Assembly (NCBI GenBank): GCA_963575745.1
Contig: CAUYUJ010000171.1
Span: 1 to 64,000 of the forward strand
Length of the DNA: 64,000 nt
From: Prorocentrum cordatum
Lineage: Eukaryota
Direction: 5' to 3'
Part shown: positions 1-11,648 of the stretch, in pieces
How positions within the stretch are numbered: the first letter of the stretch is position 1
Layout of the letters: every line of letters begins with the position of its first letter
Notes under the pieces: generated by a model
What the model was told of the DNA's origin: nothing
Database searches by the model: none
Seen by the model: the letters and a program-made list of their open reading frames with translations, nothing else
Position numbers and translations under genes: made by a program

Positions 1-49
1 CATGCCGCTCCAACTCAAGGTCGGTCGAGCCGTCCTGCATAGCTGAGTT

Positions 50-1763
50 GTAGACCACGCGAGTCTAACAGCATCAGCCCATCCCGTCATTGTGCGGCTC
101 TGCAACCTCGGGCAGCCCCGCTACAGTGAGGCGGCTAAGCGCCGCTCACATATTTCAATTCGCAGACTCGACACGGCTGAGTCCTCACGCATAGGTGGTG
201 GGTTAGCACACTGCTCAGTTCCTGGTTTGCCTGCAGCCCACCACCTATTCAGCCCAAGCCTTCTTCACTCGAGCCAAACTATAACAAAGGAGACACCGCG
301 TCTCCAATTTAAGGCCGGCCAAGCCGGCATACATTCCGCTGCAGTGAGTCCTTCGGGTGCACACACACTGCAACTCTTGCGGCATCAGTCGACGCCATCT
401 CAGGCCTAAATGGGACGGGCGCCCATGGCGCAACCGTCAATGCGCCACGCAGGGGCGGAGCCGCCTAATACTTACCTCGGCAGCCCACCTAGCGCTCTTT
501 TCTCCACCGGCCTCTCTTTTAGAGGGCCCTGTCCAGGAGCAGTCGCCATTCATGGGCGCGACTTCTCACTTTGCCGCACTAGTGCGGCCAGCGCAGCTTA
601 TTTTAGCAGCCTCGCTAAACAGCGATCGGCTAAGCTCACACAGCAATTCGCAGACTCGCCACGGCTGAGTCTAGGGGGTGGGCTGGCCTAATACTCTTGG
701 TTCGCCCTGGCAGCTCACTACCTTGACAGTCCTAGCCACAAGTGCGTCATGAGAGGACCGTGGCCTCTGCCCCGGCGCATCTCTTTGGCCCCCATCCAGG
801 TGTAGCAGGGTCCCCTTGGTCCCTGCGTGCCTGTGAGGGGCCACACGGAGGTGGGTCCCTGTTGTATGGTCTCGGCTAGCGCCCAGGCACACCCACCTCC
901 CCGCCGCGGTAGGCCACGCGAGTCTAGCAGCATCCAGCCTATCCCGTCAATGTGCGGCTCTGCAACCTTGGGCAGCCCCGCTAACAGTGAGGCGGCTAAG
1001 CGCCGCTCACATATCTCAATTCGCAGACTCGCCACGGCTGAGTCCTCACGCATAGGTGGTGGGTTAGCACACTGCTCAGATCACGGTTTGCATGCAGCCC
1101 ACCACCTATACAGCCCAAGTCATCACACGAGCCTAAACAAAGGAGACACCGCGTCTCCAAATTAAGGCCGGCCAAGCCGACATGCATTCCGCTGCAGTGA
1201 GTCCTACAGGTGCACACTCTCACTGCAACTCTTGCGGCATCTGTCGTCACCATCTCAGGCCTACGTGGGATGGGCGCCCATGGTGCAACCGCCAATGCGC
1301 CACACAGGGGCGGAGCCGCCTAATACCTACCTCGGCAGCCCAACTAGCGCTCTTTTCTCCACCGGCCCCTCTTTAGAGGGCCCTCCTTGAGTAGTCGCCA
1401 TTCATGGGCGCGACTTCTCACTTTGCCGCACTAGTGCGGACAGCACGGCACATTTTTGCAGCCTCGCTAAACAGCGATCGGCTAAGCACACACAGCAATT
1501 CGCAGACTCGCCACGGCTGAGTCTCTAGGTGGTGGGCTGGCCTAATACTCTTGGTTCGCCTTGGCAGCTCACCACCCAGACAGTCCTAGCCACAAGCGCC
1601 TCATGAGAGGACCGTGGCACCTTGCCCCGGCGCATCTCTTTGGCCCCCGTCCAGGTATAGCAGGGTCCCCTTGGTCCCTGTGTGCCTGTGAGGGGCACAC
1701 GGAGGTGGGTCCCTGCTGTCTGGTCTCGGCTAGCGCCCAGGCACACCCACCTCCCCGCCGCGG
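50..1763. repeat. Two tandem copies of a ~860-bp unit, each containing two copies of a ~150-bp structured module
   Basis: ccacgcgagtcta recurs at ~55 and ~914. caattcgcagactcg(a/c)cacggctgagtc occurs at ~156, ~644, ~1017 and ~1496. The unit contains many hairpins. Confidence 0.9.
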
Positions 1764-2832
1764 TCGGCCCGTACAGGCCTTTCAGCTGCAGCGTACGCCC
1801 TGCAACACGGCAATGCCATTCTGGCCCTTCTTCCTCCCCCGCCTCTTATGACTTCCCCCGCTCTTCCTCCAGTCCAGATCTCCTCCCATGGAGGTTTGGA
1901 CAGCCGCAATGCGGCCTGGCCATTTTGGCCCTCCGTCCAGCTCTTCCCTCTCAATAGCCGTCCGAAATTCGGAAGGCACTCCCAGGCAGGTCTTTTCTTT
2001 TTCCTGCCTCGCACTGCTCTCTGCATCGAGGGCTGCCCTACTATGGGCAACGAAGCAGGGTGCCGCTGATGTCTCTCTTCGCACGGCGCTGCAATATCCT
2101 CCTCTCTCGATCTGATTCCTCTCCTCCCCTCCCTCAGCGCCAATACCTCTCTCCTGACAGTTTTCGGGACGAGAGCGGAAGCAGCTCAGCGTCCATGCTC
2201 TCGGGCTTCTCGTGTGCAGCCTGTGCCAGTCCTGTTGGCCGCTGCGCTCAAGCTAACTTGCAACGAGCTTAGTATAGTCAAGAGCCTCCCTCCTCCTCAT
2301 CTCTCCTGCATCCTCCCTCCTCCCTGCTTCCTCGAATCTCCCCTCCTCCTCCTCCTCCTCCCCCGCCCCCGCCACCGCCTCCTCCTCCTCCTCCTCCTCA
2401 ACCTCCTCCTGCTCCTCCTCCTCGTCCTCCTCCGCCTCCGCCACCGCCTCCTCCTCCTCCTCTTCCTCCTCCCTCCTCCCCCCTCCTCCCCCTCCTCCCC
2501 CTCCTCCCCCTCCTCCCAACCCTCCTCCTCCTCGCCGCGCCGGCCGCCCCGTGCCGCCTCTCTGGGCGCCTCGGCGTGCGCCCCGCGCCCCGTGGGCGGG
2601 CCCGCCGAGGTGGCGCCGCGGCTGCCGCCCCGCGGGCGCTGCGTGGGCGCTCGTGGCAGGCGCCCAGGCGCGCCGCGGGGGCGAAGGCCAGCCCTCGAGG
2701 AATAGAGCAAGACACGGACGTCTTGGCCCGAAGTTCCGCGCGGGCTTCTGCTGCGCGCCTGCCCCCCCCCCCCCCCCCCAGCGGAGCCTCAGGCGCTGCC
2801 CGTGGCGCGCCACGCGGGGACACACAGACAAA

Positions 2833-3014
2833 TACAGTCGGGGCGTTGACCTCAGGAACCCTAAATAAGGAGCGAGGCCCTTTTGTACCATGAGTGAAAA
2901 ACTTCGATTTCCGATCGGGAACACCAGGAAAGCCTGAGGCAAGCTGCGAAACATTCAAGGAACGCGGAGCCCCTCCCCAACGAAAAGGGCTCCTTCCTCA
3001 GGGCCTCGACTGTA
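2833..3014. mobile_element. TA-flanked MITE (Tc1/mariner/pogo-like CAGTCG ends); second copy at 58191-58370
   Basis: TA-cagtcggggcg...gggcctcgactg-TA. The internal sequence (gacct-aggaacc-taaataagga) is shared with 58191-58370. Confidence 0.75.
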
Positions 3015-3605
3015 GTGGAATCTGGTTTAATGATTTGTACCGGGGGCGCCCCCCCCGTCCCATTTCCACTAGCCGGAACTGCCGTCACCCGAAAAGCACC
3101 AGTTGCGGCAAACCTGGTTTAGGGAATCTGGACAATTGAGGGGCCCCAGGGCCCTATCACTAACCGGGTCCCCTTACCCGGGGTCCTGGCTATACCCGAA
3201 AAAAGGCACAAAGAATAGGATTCCCTAACAGTCCTATCATTGAATGTTAGATGTGCTTAAGATGTAGGAAACAAGGTTCCAAACGTGTCTGGAGCATGTC
3301 TCTTGCATGTTTAGAGCATGGTTAAGGCATGTTTTGGACATCTGGCAACTATTTGGCAGCATGCTTCCTCTCCATTGATCGACCTCCACAACAGTATAAG
3401 TTGAAGGGGCCCTGGGACACACAAGCAAATAGGCACAAATAACAGGACTCCCCGTGTTGTCCCACATCTTCTGGGTTTTCGTCTGCCCCCCACTTCCCAT
3501 GTTTTCCTATATTTCTCTGGGGGGTCGACGATTCATTGTGTCTGTGTGCTTTTTCCTTCCTGAAGCATAAGATACACGCCGTGGCTTTCATAGCAGGCTT
3601 GCATT

Positions 3606-3769
3606 TAGGTCGGGCCTGTCCCCCTGCAGGGGGATTATGGGCGGAAACATACAAAACAATACCCCGAAATTACTCCAGCTGGTAACAACATACGCAAAAA
3701 ATCGTCCCCAGACTATGCTTTGACAATTTTCTAATATTCCTCCTCCTGTAGAGGGACACGCCCGACTTA
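3606..3769. mobile_element. TA-flanked MITE family RGTCGGGCCTGTCCCC, copy 1
   Basis: TIRs ggtcgggcctgtccccctgcag / ctgtagagggacacgcccgact. Related copies are at 14745-14935 and 18550-18712. Confidence 0.8.
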
Positions 3770-4306
3770 AGCTTACATCACATAGCTTGCACCACATGGC
3801 TTACGCTACATAGCTTACACTCCAATTCCGACTCACGCCACATCAATTGCACGACGCAGCTTGCACCTCAGTGCTATCCCCCCCCTGGCTAGCACCACGC
3901 AACTTGCCACGGATACCGTTCACCCCCGCGGTGAAACGACTCACTCTTTGGGGTCCGCGATGGCTACTGTACAGCCTACGACACAAACCTCGAAATGGAA
4001 ATGTGCACTTGTCATAAGGTGGCATTCGCGCGCACATCATGAACAGGACAGCCCCACGCAGTCACATCGGGCGCTGCACGCACGCTGAGCAGGTCTCGAG
4101 CAAAGAAGTTGACACTCTGCGACCCCTGACGCGCCTGGGCGGCGGGCGCCTCCGTGCTCGAACCACCTTGCGGTTTTGACCCCGAACTTCTGATTATCAC
4201 GAGTGAGTGCCGGACGGGCCCCGCAAGCTTCAGCAATAATGCGAATTTGTGCGGCAGGTGGCTCGCGATGAAGGCCGCAAGCGGTCTCAAGCGGTCTCGA
4301 AGGGTA

Positions 4307-4655
4307 CAAAGTGCACCTAAAACCTCGGCGCCGAGCGCATCCGCGCGCCCTGCGCGGCCCCAAAGTGCCACGAGGCCTTCGGCGCTGAGCACGCCCACGC
4401 GTCTCACGCGGTCTCAACATGACACGAAGCCCTCGGCGCCGAGCCCAATCGCGAGTCTCACAAGACTTCGCGACGCGTCAGAGTGCAACGAAACCTTGGG
4501 CGCCGAGCACACCCTTGCGTCCCGCAGGATCCCAGAGTGCTGCGAAACCCTCGGCGCCGCGCCTCACATGGCCTCAAAGCGCCGCGAAACCTCGGCGCCG
4601 AGCGCACCCGCGAGATCCGCGAGAGACCCAAAGTGCAACGAAACCTTGTGTCACA
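4307..4655. repeat. Degenerate ~54-bp minisatellite with palindromic core ctcggcgccgag
   Basis: About 7 units of caaagtgc-cgaaacc-ctcggcgccgagc separated by variable segments. Confidence 0.75.
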
Positions 4656-5039
4656 CCCTGCGTCCCCGAACAATGAATGCTTCTTAATACACTTGAGCCC
4701 CCTGATGCATTAGCTGGTCAGGGAAGCGCGAAAGCCTGTCATAACGCAAACTCACAAGGAGCAAGCGTGCAAGCATGTAGGATGAGGGACGGCAAAGGCA
4801 GACACTAGAGTTGGAACCCTGACGAAGACGCCGCGCAATATGCAGGCCCGGCGCGAGCGCGGAATTTCGGACTGTAGAATATTCTGATATACAAAAACAT
4901 GTGAATATGTACATGTGTGTACATGCCATGTGTGTAGATTCCCTTCCTTCCTTCTCCTCCGCCTCATCCTCCTCCTCTTCCTCTAATCCTTCTCCTCTCT
5001 GATCTTCCTACCACTCCACAGGAAGAAGAGATAGCGCAC

Positions 5040-5157
5040 CGAAACAAAACGTGAACGACTGTACCCCGAAGGTCTCCGTCACGGTCGCCTCGTTGGCCGA
5101 ACCCTCGCCCGGCACCACAGCAAGCCACGGCAGCCCCAAGATGCCGTCGAACTGCAC
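5040..5157 (-). CDS. Exon of a pepsin-like (A1) aspartic protease-type gene: VQFDGILGLPWLAVVPGEGSANEATVTETFGVQSFTFCF
   Basis: FDGILGL and downstream FxFCF match the A1 aspartic protease pattern. The exon has an AG acceptor and GT donor, and its phase is compatible with 5606-5667. Confidence 0.65.
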
Positions 5158-5605
5158 CTCCGAGGAGGACGAGGGCGGACGATGTAGGAGGACGCGCCCG
5201 AGGGGGAGAAAGACTACATAAGGCAAAGACGATGAGGAATCGTGCTGGAAGGAATCTTGGGGCACATTGTTTATCGATGTTTGAGGGTCCTCAGGTGCCC
5301 CAGAGCTTCTAGGGGGCCCGGGGGCCATCGGGGGATGAGCAACTTCTGTGGGGCAGCTGCTGGCTGGCAGGCCGAGTTCATATTTTGCGCGCCTAGTGTG
5401 TACAAAATTATTGGTGTATATGAGTATATATATATACACATACATATCTATACATATATATATATATGTATAGGTGTATTGACCATCGTGCTACTACAGG
5501 AAGGTAAAAGAAGGCACGAGGGGGCTTTTCTGGCCACGGCGAGCCTCGGCCACAAAGAGGCTCCCCTACCGAGACCTGAGAGACGGCCCGATGATCAGGG
5601 CCCCC

Positions 5606-5667
5606 CTTGAACCCAACGTGGCTCTCACTGCAACGTCTTGACTGTACGTCGTATGTGCTGGTTTGGC
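5606..5667 (-). CDS. Exon (G)QTSTYDVQSRRCSESHVGFK of the same minus-strand gene
   Basis: AG acceptor and AG|GG donor. Its 62 nt join the flanking exons in frame. Confidence 0.5.
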
Positions 5668-6137
5668 CTCTGAGGCCTCCGGGGTCCACGGGACCTCACG
5701 TGTGCTCAAGAGGCCTCTCGAGGTCCTCTGGGGGCCTCCCTCAGCCTCCGGGGACCTCCGGAGGTGGTGGGGAAGGAGGAGGGGGAGGAGGAGGAGGAGG
5801 AGGAGGAGGAGGAGGAGGAGGAGGAGGAGGAGGAGGAGGAGGAGGAGGAGGAGGAGGAGGCGGAGAAGGAGGACGTGTGGAGGAGGCGGGTAGGAGGGTA
5901 GGACGGAGGGGAGGAGAAGAGGATGAGGAGGAGGAGTAGGAGGAGGGGCGGAGGAGGAGGAGGAGGAGGGGGAAAGGAGAGGGAGGAAGGAGGATGAGGT
6001 GGGGGGGAGGGGAGGCGGGGGGGGAACCACCCCTGAAAACAACACACCCCGCCAACACACACAGGGAGAGGAAGGAGGAGAGGAGGAGAAGAGGAGGATG
6101 AGGAGGAGGAGGGAGGAGGAGAGGGAGATGGAGGGGC

Positions 6138-6171
6138 CGGCGTTTCGGAAGAACTCAAATGCCATCGGGTC
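6138..6171 (-). CDS. Micro-exon DPMAFEFFRNA(G)
   Basis: cag acceptor and GC donor, embedded in (GAG)n. In phase with the next exon. Confidence 0.5.
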
Positions 6172-6516
6172 CTGGAGACCGCAAGGGAGAGGAGGAAGAG
6201 GAAGGGGAAAACGAGGACGAAAGAGCGGCGGGGTGGGATGGAGGCGCGGGGGAATGGGGAGGGAGGGAAACGGAGGGGGGGGGGAGGGGTGAGTGAGCAG
6301 GCCAGGAGCAGGAGGAGGGGGAGCAGGAGGCCGCTCCCCGCCCCCGCGAGAAATAAAAAAAAACACCTGCCCCGTCCTTCTGGGGCCACTCCTCGAAGCT
6401 CAGGGAGGGGCCCCAATTTCGCCAGAATGTGTTTTTATTTCCTATCGCGCTCACGGTCGGTATTTAATATTACCAGTGTGGGTGGGCTAGCGGAGATAGT
6501 CCCACTCCCTGCTCGT

Positions 6517-6750
6517 CCCTCCTCCTCCTCCTCCTCCTCCTCCTCTCCTCCTCGCCTCCGGGCCCCCCTCCTCCTCCCTCCTCCTCCTCCTCCTCCTCCT
6601 CCTCCTCTTCCTGCTCCTCCTCCTGCTCCTCTCCCTCCTTCTCCCTCTCCTCCTGCTCCTGCTTCTCCTCCTCCTCCTCCTCCTCCTCCTCGTCGTCGTG
6701 GTCGTGGTCGCAGTCATCGTCGTCGACGTCGCCGTCGTCGCCGTTGTCGT

Positions 6751-6781
<31 letters not shown>

Positions 6782-7626
6782 CATCTTCTCCTTCTCCTCC
6801 TCCTTCTCCTTCGCATCACCATCATCATCCTCATCATCATCATCCTCATCATCATCATCATCATCATCATCATGACCATCATCATCATCATCATCATCAT
6901 CAACATCAGCAGCAGCATCAGCAGCATCAGCATCATCAAATTCGTCATCAGCATCATCATCCTTATCATTATCATCATAATCATCATCATAATCCTGGTC
7001 ATCATCGTCACCATCATCATGATCATCGGCATCAGCATCATCACTAGCATCAGCATCAACATCATCAGCATCAACAATATTATCATCATTAGCAGCATCA
7101 TCATCACCAGCATCATCGACATCATCATGACCATGACCATGACCATCACCACTACCATCATCATCATCATCATCACCATCATCAGCAGCATCATCATCAT
7201 CAGCGTCGTCGTCATCGCCATCACTAGCAGCAGCATCGTCCTCGTAGTCATCATCATCACCACCATCGACAACACCATCGACAACATCATGCCCATCACC
7301 GTGATTGACATCGTCATCATCGTCAGGAGCATCATACCCATCATCATAATCATCATCAGTATCACCTCAATCGCATCAGCATCATCAGCACCATCGTCAG
7401 CATCATCAGCATCAACATCAATACCATCACCCCTCATCATCATCACCATCATTATCCGCAGCCGCATCATCCGCACTGTCATCAACAACACCACCATGCA
7501 AATAATCATCATCATCATCATCATCATCATCACCATCATCATCATCAGCAGCATCATCATCATCATCACCATCAGCAACAACAGCAGCATCAGCAACAAC
7601 AACAATAACAGCATCGTCATCATCAC
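6517..7626. repeat. Compound microsatellite (CCT)n-(CGT)n-(CAT)n
   Basis: Direct inspection. Similar (CAT)n tracts lie at 11230-11660 and 47093-47175. Confidence 0.95.
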
Positions 7627-9191
7627 TTGCGTCGTATTCCTCCTTCGTTTCCTCCTCCTTCGCTTCCTTTTCCTTCTCCTACGCTGCTTCGGTCCAGTCA
7701 TCTTGCCCGAAGCACCGCACGGACCTGGAAATCAAGAATTTCTGAACCCACGGACTTCGGCGAGTTAGTGCACCGAAATCGCTCAATTCAAGAATCATGG
7801 CCTACACAGTCACCGTGGTGACTCTGAGGGTCCGTACTTGGGACCCGTTTGGGCTCTCGGTTCCCTGATTTTGGTCTTGGAAGCCTCCACAAGGGCATCC
7901 CGAGAGCTCTGGAGACCACCAGCGACCACCAGAGCCCTCAGCGGACAAGCCGATTGGGGGAGCAAGAACTTGTTGAACACCGCTACGAAAAAAGCTGGCA
8001 AAAATGAAAGTTGGAAATCAAGAGAAAGTGGAAATGGCCAGAACTAGAAAAAGCAAGAGCTAAAACGAACCCGAGATAGCTGGAACTAGATCGCCAAGGC
8101 CAGAAGAACCAAAGGAATCTTGCAAGGGCTGGAACAAGTAGAAGGGCTGGCCCCAGCTACTTTTCCAAGCTTCCCTGTACTCCCCAGGAGGGGTGCGTTC
8201 CGACCAGGACTTCCAGCAGCGAGTCCAGCCGTGGTGATGACATAAGGTCAGCGGTATCGGTATCTCCTCGTCCTCCTCGTCCTCGTCCTCGTCCTCCTCC
8301 TCCTCCTCCTCCTCCTCATCCGACCCCTCCTCCTCCGACCCCTCCGACTGCGAGGAAAGGGTAACGGTATTGGTACCTCCTCCTCCTCCTCCTGAAGTCC
8401 CTCCTCCTCCTCCTCCTCCTCCTCCTGGAGGCCTCGAGGGTCGAACAAGCTGTCACCGCGCCCCCGCCCCTGGCACGGCGCCCGGGGAAAAAGGTGGCAG
8501 CACGAGGGGCACGACCCCACGGGCTGAGCACGCAACCGCCCGGCGGCCCGAGAGCCGACCCCGAGACCCGGCCGACGGTAAGGGCGAATAGCCCAGGGGC
8601 GGGCATTACGCGTATTCGCCCGGGAGCCTTGTCGAAGACATAGATCATCGGCGCACCTGAATACATGTATTGCTCTCCCCTGGGCATTCGCCCCTGTCGT
8701 CGCCTCTGAGAGCCTCGGTCCGCCCCGAGCCGCCGAGCCGGCGCGGACAGCCGCACGACCGGCAAGAGGACACGGGCGCCTGAGGCACCTGCCGCCTGCC
8801 GCCTCCCGCGCTGCTCCTCCGCTCACGGGCCTGGAGCGCGCGGCGCTGGGCCTGCGCTCCCGGAGCTGGGCTGGGCTCCGACGGCCTTGCGCAGCGCATC
8901 CGTCGCCACTCCGGCGCGCCTTCGGTCCCCGCGGCCCAAGAACAGCCGCGCCGTGTCGCCCCCGGCCTCGGGGAGGGAGGGCGGGTGCATCGCCTGCTGT
9001 GTGTATGCCATTTCGTGCAGACGAAGATGCAAATGATCACGCGGTGGAGCTGAGCACTCAGCGCCTGAGACCGAACTGACTCGTTGAGCGTCTTTTGGGG
9101 CGGGCTCCCTGCTGGTGGAGGCCTCGGCGACGGAAGCTGCAGGATCACCTCCTGACAGCCATGACAGGCAGCCCGCATGGAAAGGACTCAC

Positions 9192-9410
9192 GATAAAGAT
9201 CAGAAGGAGAACAAATGCCATACACAGAAACTTTTTGGCGCTCCGCGCGGATTTCCTGGATCTGCGCCGGACCCCCCTGCCTGGCGCGCGGAGCGCGCCA
9301 GGGGCGGCGCCGGAGGCGCCGCCAGGGGGGCCCAGCGCGGATCCAAGAAATCCGCGCGGAGCGCAAAAAAGTTTACGTGTATGGCATTGTTTCTTCTTAT
9401 GATCTTTATT
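9192..9410. mobile_element. Foldback element with T-shaped double-hairpin core; copies at ~12480-12630, 18715-18810 (partial), 19190-19360, 19690-19835
   Basis: A long self-complementary stem (ctccgcgcggatttc..gatc / gatc..gaaatccgcgcggag) encloses cctggcgcgc-gga-gcgcgccagg and ggcggcgcc-gga-ggcgccgcc. Confidence 0.75.
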
Positions 9411-10154
9411 TATGGCGTTTTTTTATGGCGTTTTTCCTTAGGGCGTTTTATGGCGTTTTTCCGCATGGAGAATTTATGTTATGGCGTTCGTCCTTCTTCG
9501 AAGGACGCTAGGGCCTTGGGGGGGCCATGGAGGCACTCCGCGAGCGGGGCGCGGCCAGCGAGGGCGGCCAAGGGCGGGGCCGAAGGGAGAGGATGTAAGG
9601 GTAACCCAGATTTCGTACTAGAAGGGAGGGGATCACAACCCTCCCAGACCACAAGCTTTAGACCCCCCCAGACCATCCATGAAAGGGCGGCACTTTGCCC
9701 AGACCCCCCCTAACCCTTCAAGACAGTTCAAATCAGACCCCCCCGCCAAATGTACCCCCCCCTACTTCATTATGTGCGGGTTGACTGCAATCGCCGTTGA
9801 AGGATTCGCCCCCCTGCTCCCCAGGCCACCTGCCCTCGCGCTTCGCGCGGGGCGAGGCGCGGTCGCCTTCGGCCTCCCCGCCGCCGCGCATCTGGAGAGG
9901 AAATCCAACGCAGAAGCCCGGGCGCAAACGGATCCACCGACCCCGTTCCCGCAAGACCAGCTCTTCATCCCGGATCGTCTCCTGATGGGCCCCGGGGCCT
10001 GAAAGCAGCCCCCCAGGCCAAAGGTTGGGGGAAGATGCGGCGACTGCACAAGAAAAAAAAAAAAACGGCGCCTAGGCCGCGAAGCGCGGGAATCTTCGCG
10101 CTACTGCGGGGGACCTGGGCACGGATCTGTAGAGATAGCAGGAGAGGTCCTGGC

Positions 10155-10253
10155 CTGAGCCCAAAGATCCTTCATCTGGTAGCCGAGCTCCGCGATCTCC
10201 CAGAAGCCCTGCCTCTTCGGTCCGTCGAAGAGCCGCATGTCGTCGCGAGCCTC
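10155..10253 (-). CDS. Probable exon EARDDMRLFDGPKRQGFWEIAELGYQMKDLWAQ (unknown protein)
   Basis: 99 nt with cag acceptor and AG|GC donor. Coding-like composition amid low-complexity DNA. Confidence 0.55.
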
Positions 10254-10454
10254 CTGGCTCCTCCTCTCTCCTCCTCTCTCCTCCCCCTCCTTCTCCTCCT
10301 GCCCGTCCTCCTCCTCCTTGTCCTCCTCCTCCTCCTCCATCCCTTTCCCTTATAAGTAACTACTCCCTGTCGCACGCCGAGGCTGGTCGAAAGGACGGGC
10401 CGGGCGTTTCGCCTGAGACTTCCTCACAAACTATGACCCTGAAGCTAATAAACT

Positions 10455-10845
10455 GGCAGAAGCTTCACAGATGGAGAGCGGGTGGTTTTCAAAATGTGGC
10501 TCTCGCCTTGGTCGTGCAAACAACTTGCAAAATTTCATGGCTCGACGGCGGCTCGTTTTCAAAATGTGACTCTCGCCCTAGAGCCGCGCAAATTCGTTTC
10601 ACAAATGTGCACGAGCTTCGCAGATTGAGGGCGACTCGTTTTGAAAATGAGGCTCTCGCCTTGCCGCCGCGCACATTCGTTCTTTTTAAATATGAGAGAG
10701 CTTCACGAATTGACGCCGGTTCGTTTCCAAAATGCGGCTCTCGACTTAGAGCCGCGCACACTCGTTTCAAACAGGTGTAAGAGCTTCGCGGATTGAAGGC
10801 GGTCCGTTTTCAGAATGTGGCTCTCGCCTCAGCGCCGCGCACATT
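10455..10845. repeat. Degenerate ~87-bp minisatellite (gagcttc..tcgttttcaaaatgtggctctcgcc)
   Basis: About 5 diverged units. Confidence 0.75.
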
Positions 10846-11607
10846 GGTCAAGATGCCATGGTCAGCGTGCCAGAAATGCTGTTTTGGAAGAGATCATAAT
10901 TTTGAGGGCGTAACACTGCCGCTGATTCGCGGTGTTGAAGGCCCTGGAAGGGTGTTCGGCACGATTCAGGATCATCAATATGCAAGAGTCATGTTGATTC
11001 GTAGCGTTGGAGTCCCGAAAGTGATGTTTTGGCACGCTTCAGGATCTTCAAACGGTTCTCTCCCCACGAAGCAGTTGGCGCAGTGGAGATGAACCCTTCG
11101 TTTGGGCCTATAAAGAGGGAGCTTGGAGGGAAGGTGTATTCCAACATCGTTGATGAGTCTTGGGTTTCCACTGGTCCTCTCATCCTCCTCCTCTTCCTCC
11201 TCGTCCACCTCCTCCTCCCCCCTCTCATTGTAATCATCATCATCACCATCATCAGCATCATCACCATCATCATCATCATGATCATCAGCATCACCACCAT
11301 CATCATCAGCATCCGAATCATAATCAGCATAACCACCAACAACATCAACACCAACAGCACCATCCTGATCATCACCTCAACCACCATAATCGTCATTCTC
11401 ATCATCCTCAGCAGCATCAGCATCATTAGCATCACCAGAATCATAATCACCATCACCACCACCAACAGCACCAACAACAGCGCCATCCTGATCATCACCA
11501 GCACCATCATCACCATCATCGGTACCACAATCATCATCATCATCATCCCTCTCATCGCCACCGTCGTCGTCATCATAATCATCATTTTTGATAATCACCA
11601 CCACTAC

Positions 11608-11648
<41 letters not shown>

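Noticed and set aside
120..185. Group I intron-like motifs (GCAGCC..CTAAG..TTCGCAGACT)
   Set aside because: GACTC pairs locally with GAGTC, and no P3/P7/P8 core or host exon can be built.
1917..1930. GCCATTTTGGC resembling the DinoSL core on +
   Set aside because: Only an 11-nt match, lacking CCGTA and TCAAG, with no convincing downstream ORF.
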